Shown: positions 60,890 through 64,000 of the stretch, piece after piece
Layout: every line of letters starts with the position of its first letter
Numbering within the stretch: the stretch's first letter is position 1
Assembly (NCBI GenBank): GCA_051252135.1
Contig: JBPOGH010000007.1
Coordinates: 128,001-192,000, forward strand
DNA length: 64,000 nucleotides
Direction: 5' to 3'
From: Verrucomicrobiaceae bacterium
GTDB lineage: Bacteria; Verrucomicrobiota; Verrucomicrobiia; Verrucomicrobiales; Akkermansiaceae
Made by a program: the position numbers and the translations under genes
Notes under the pieces: generated by a model
The model's input: the letters and a program-made list of their open reading frames with translations, nothing else
Database searches by the model: none
What the model was told of the DNA's origin: nothing

Positions 60890-61456
60890 TTACTTCAGGT
60901 CATTCCACTTGTTGACGAGGCCGACGCGCTTGCCGCCGATCTCGTAGAGACGGTCTTTATCGTGAACCATTTCCTCGCGGGTGGTTCCGACGACGATGTA
61001 GTCGGGGCGGAGATAGATGGCTTGCTCGGGACAAACTTCCTCGCACATGCCGCAGTAGATGCAGCGGATCATGTCGATATCGAATGCTTGAGGGCGTTTT
61101 TCGACCCGGGCCCATTCGTCGCCCGCGGGGATTTCGCCCGGAGTGATCTTAATGGCCTTGGGAGGGCAGATGAATTCGCAGAGCTGGCAGGAGACGCAGC
61201 GTTCGCGATCCAGTTCGTCGGTGACGAGAGCGGGAGTGCCGCGGAAGTACTCCGGGAGCTGGTCATCCCATTTTTGCTCGGGATACTGCATGGTGATGCC
61301 GAGTCCCGAGGAGTTGAGAGCATCTGCGCCCTGACTGCGTCCCATGAGAGACTTAAAGGCATGTCGCAGGGTGATGACCATGCCTTTGAAAATGGATCCA
61401 AAGTAGATTTTCTCACCAGCGGTGAGTTTTGGTCGTTTGACTTTGATAGTGGCCAT
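60890..61456 (-). CDS. nuoI: NADH-quinone oxidoreductase subunit I
   Basis: CVSCQLCEFICP and CIYCGMCEEVCP. Confidence 0.95.
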   Translation of the reverse strand: MATIKVKRPKLTAGEKIYFGSIFKGMVITLRHAFKSLMGRSQGADALNSSGLGITMQYPEQKWDDQLPEYFRGTPALVTDELDRERCVSCQLCEFICPPKAIKITPGEIPAGDEWARVEKRPQAFDIDMIRCIYCGMCEEVCPEQAIYLRPDYIVVGTTREEMVHDKDRLYEIGGKRVGLVNKWNDLK

Positions 61457-61468
61457 TGGGAGTGAAGG

Positions 61469-62701
61469 CTACGCGGTGCGAAGGGCGGCGGGTTTGGTTG
61501 CCGACTTGGCGATTTTGATCAGGAGGATCGTGGTGATGATCAGGACGAGAGCGGCAATGACTCCCGCAATGATTCCAACGTGAGGAACCGCGAGGATCAG
61601 AGCAGCGAGGAAGACGTTGATGAGGGCGGCCTCGAAAAAGACGATCCAGCCGAGGTCCATGAGTTGATCATAGCGGAAGCGCGGGATGGTCCAGCGCACC
61701 AAGATGAAGAAAAGGATGAAGACGGTGACTTTGGTGAGGAAGCAGCCGATGTGAATGAGGCTGACCCACCAGGCGCCGGTGGGAAGCGCGCCATCGATCC
61801 CGAAGCCGATGGACCAACCACCGAAGAAGAGGGTGACGATGAGGGCCGAGCCAATGATCATAGCGGCGTATTCACCGAGGAAGAAGAGGGCGAACTTCAT
61901 CGAGGAGTATTCGGTGTGGTAGCCACCAACGAGTTCGGTCTCACACTCGGGGAGGTCGAAGGGCATCCGGTTGGTCTCGGCGAAGATGGAGGTGGTGAAA
62001 ATAAAGAAGGCGATGACGAGGGGCACGAGCATGAGCCAGCGCTCGAGGGACCAGCCTTCACCCCATACAGGGAGGAGGAGCCAGCCGTTGGCGGCTTGAT
62101 ACTCGACGATATGGCCGAGGTTCAAGGTGCCGAACATCATGAGGACGGGGATGATTGAAAGGCCGAGGGCGATCTCGTAGGAAATCATTTGCGCGCAGGA
62201 GCGGACACCTCCGAAGAAGGGGTATTTCGAGTTGGAGGACCAACCGGCGAGCGTGATGCCGTAAACGGAAAGGGAGGCGATGGCGAAGATGAAGAGAGGG
62301 CCAACGTTGAGGTCGGCGATTGCCATGGGGATGACTTTTCCATCAAGCTCAAAGGGGCTGCCGAAGGGGATGACGGCCATGGTGATGAGGGCTGGAACCA
62401 TTGTCATGCAGGGAGCCAGCCAGAAGAAGGCTTTGCGGACATAGGAAGGGGTGAAATCTTCCTTAAGGATGAATTTGAGTCCATCCGCCATGGGTTGGGT
62501 CAGGCCACCGATGGGGAGAGCCAGGTCCTTTTTGAATCCCAGGATGGAAAGGGGGATCATGGTGCGGTTCGGGCCGACGCGGTCCTGGATAATCGCGGAG
62601 AAGCGACGTTCAAAGATGACGGAGATACTGACGAAGGTCAGGGTCACGCCAAGGAAGACGCCAATCTTGATGGCGGTGGCAATGAGGAGAGTCGTGTCCA
62701 T
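61469..62701 (-). CDS. nuoH: NADH-quinone oxidoreductase subunit H
   Basis: ERR..A.IQDRVGPN, QPMADGLK...KE, AETNRMPFDLPECETELV.GYHTEYS. Confidence 0.97.
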   Translation of the reverse strand: MDTTLLIATAIKIGVFLGVTLTFVSISVIFERRFSAIIQDRVGPNRTMIPLSILGFKKDLALPIGGLTQPMADGLKFILKEDFTPSYVRKAFFWLAPCMTMVPALITMAVIPFGSPFELDGKVIPMAIADLNVGPLFIFAIASLSVYGITLAGWSSNSKYPFFGGVRSCAQMISYEIALGLSIIPVLMMFGTLNLGHIVEYQAANGWLLLPVWGEGWSLERWLMLVPLVIAFFIFTTSIFAETNRMPFDLPECETELVGGYHTEYSSMKFALFFLGEYAAMIIGSALIVTLFFGGWSIGFGIDGALPTGAWWVSLIHIGCFLTKVTVFILFFILVRWTIPRFRYDQLMDLGWIVFFEAALINVFLAALILAVPHVGIIAGVIAALVLIITTILLIKIAKSATKPAALRTA

Positions 62702-62726
62702 GTGGTGCTACGCGAAATTTTTGGGC

Positions 62727-64000
62727 TTAGCCGACGATTTGGCCGCTGGCGATGCGTGCCTTTTCCTGTTCGATGAGCGGGATGGTCACTCCGGTTTCGG
62801 TGATTTGGACTCCTTCGTCGCCGATGGAGCCGAATGACTGGCCGTTGAAGGCTTCGATACTGGAGGCGAGGTCCTTGATGACACCATCGACGGAAGCAGG
62901 AACGGTGTAGTCCTTGCTGACGGCGGCGAGAAGGCTGGCGAGAGTTTCCCAATCCTCACGGGCGGAACCGGGGGCGAGAGTTGCCTGATTGGTGCGCTGG
63001 AGGCGGCCGGTGACATTCACGTAAGTGGCGCGTTTTTCGGCGAAGCCGGCACCCGGAAGAACCACTTTACTGGCAGCCGCGGTGGGGTTGGCGAGGATGT
63101 GGCTGCTGACGAGGTGGTCAAGTTGCTCGAGGTCTTCACTGCGGAATCCGGCTTCTTCGAGGAGGTCTTCCTGGAGGGAGACAAGAGCCTTGATGCGGCC
63201 GGAGGAAACTCCTTCGCGGATGGCATCGAGCTTTGCGGCGGGATCGTCGGTGCCGATAATGAGTCCGGCTCCCGTGGTGTTCGGGTTGCGGTCGGCGGAG
63301 ATGAGCTTGCCATCGGATTTCCCGACACGGGCGACGGTGCTGATGAGATCGGTTCCGAGAGCGTCGGCAAGTTTCTTGGCGAGGAAGAGTTCCTCATTGC
63401 TCATGCGGGCGGAAGCGATGATGGCGACCTCGTTCGGCTGGCGCATGTTGAGGCCTTCGGCTGCGGTGGCGATGGCCTCGGTCCAGCTGGTTTCCTGATG
63501 CTGAACACCTTTTTTGACCAGAGGGCCGGTGAGGCGGGCATCGGAATGAAGATGGTGGAAGGCAAGACGGTGGCTGTCAGGCATCCAGGAGGAGTTGACG
63601 GCATCGTTTTGACGCGGGGTGACGCGGAAGACTTCATTGCCACGGGTCCATACGACAGTGTTGCAGCCGGTGCCGCAGTTGAGGTCGATGCTCTTGGTTT
63701 CCTTAAGGAACCAGACGCGCATCTGGAAGCGGAAGTCGTTAGAGGTCAGTGCACCCACAGGGCAGATGTCTGCGGTGTTGAGGGCATAGTTGTTGTCGAG
63801 GCGGCGTCCGGGGTGGACGGTGACCGAGGTGTGGGTGCCGCGTTGTGAGAATCCGAGGACGGGTTCTTCGGCGACTTCCTCCATAAAGCGGATGCAGCGG
63901 CTGCACATGATGCAGCGCTCGTCATCGAGGCGGATGTTTTCGCCAATGTCGACGTTCTTCGGCTTTTTGATCTTGGTTTCCTGGAAGCGGGAAGTGCCGC
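62727..64000 (-). CDS. nuoG: NADH-quinone oxidoreductase subunit G (5' part outside window)
   Basis: Frame extends to the edge: DERCIMCSRCIRF...DICPVGAL; molybdopterin-oxidoreductase-like C-terminus; upstream of nuoH. Confidence 0.92.
   Translation of the reverse strand, partial: GTSRFQETKIKKPKNVDIGENIRLDDERCIMCSRCIRFMEEVAEEPVLGFSQRGTHTSVTVHPGRRLDNNYALNTADICPVGALTSNDFRFQMRVWFLKETKSIDLNCGTGCNTVVWTRGNEVFRVTPRQNDAVNSSWMPDSHRLAFHHLHSDARLTGPLVKKGVQHQETSWTEAIATAAEGLNMRQPNEVAIIASARMSNEELFLAKKLADALGTDLISTVARVGKSDGKLISADRNPNTTGAGLIIGTDDPAAKLDAIREGVSSGRIKALVSLQEDLLEEAGFRSEDLEQLDHLVSSHILANPTAAASKVVLPGAGFAEKRATYVNVTGRLQRTNQATLAPGSAREDWETLASLLAAVSKDYTVPASVDGVIKDLASSIEAFNGQSFGSIGDEGVQITETGVTIPLIEQEKARIASGQIVG

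Noticed and set aside
55175..63848. Several long acidic plus-strand ORFs over the nuo operon
   Set aside because: Antisense mirrors of hydrophobic membrane-protein codons

Overview
Chromosomal window from a Verrucomicrobiota bacterium, probably order Verrucomicrobiales. The assignment is inferred from the PEP-CTERM proteins, DUF1501/DUF1080 genes and lineage-typical hypotheticals. Most of it is housekeeping: pdxH, cysS, nusA-infB-rbfA, trxA, lgt, thrBC, a UvrD/PcrA helicase, iscA-hscB-hscA-like genes, aroE, gltX, dusB, an LptF/G permease, the nuoG(partial)-HIJKLMN end of the complex I operon, and tRNA-Phe(GAA). Accessory content: (1) a stress/osmotic islet at the tRNA 3' side (DUF2254, YqaE/Pmp3, glycine-zipper lipoprotein, two MscS) with sigma54-like promoters; (2) a translationally coupled cysS / SenB-like (selenosugar synthase family) glycosyltransferase / NahK-like kinase operon with no senA or selD in the window, the best candidate for an undescribed pathway; (3) a methyltransferase / flavoprotein / type III PKS cluster interrupted by a 222-bp MITE; (4) tandem 4-domain and 3-domain FKBP paralogs with degenerate inner domains; (5) several secreted repeat proteins. 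Three small genes (Pmp3, an entericidin-like lipoprotein, a 24-aa hydrophobic peptide) and the partial DUF2254 gene are missing from the ORF track. No CRISPR array, rRNA or intact transposase was seen. All family calls come from motif recognition by eye, not from database searches.
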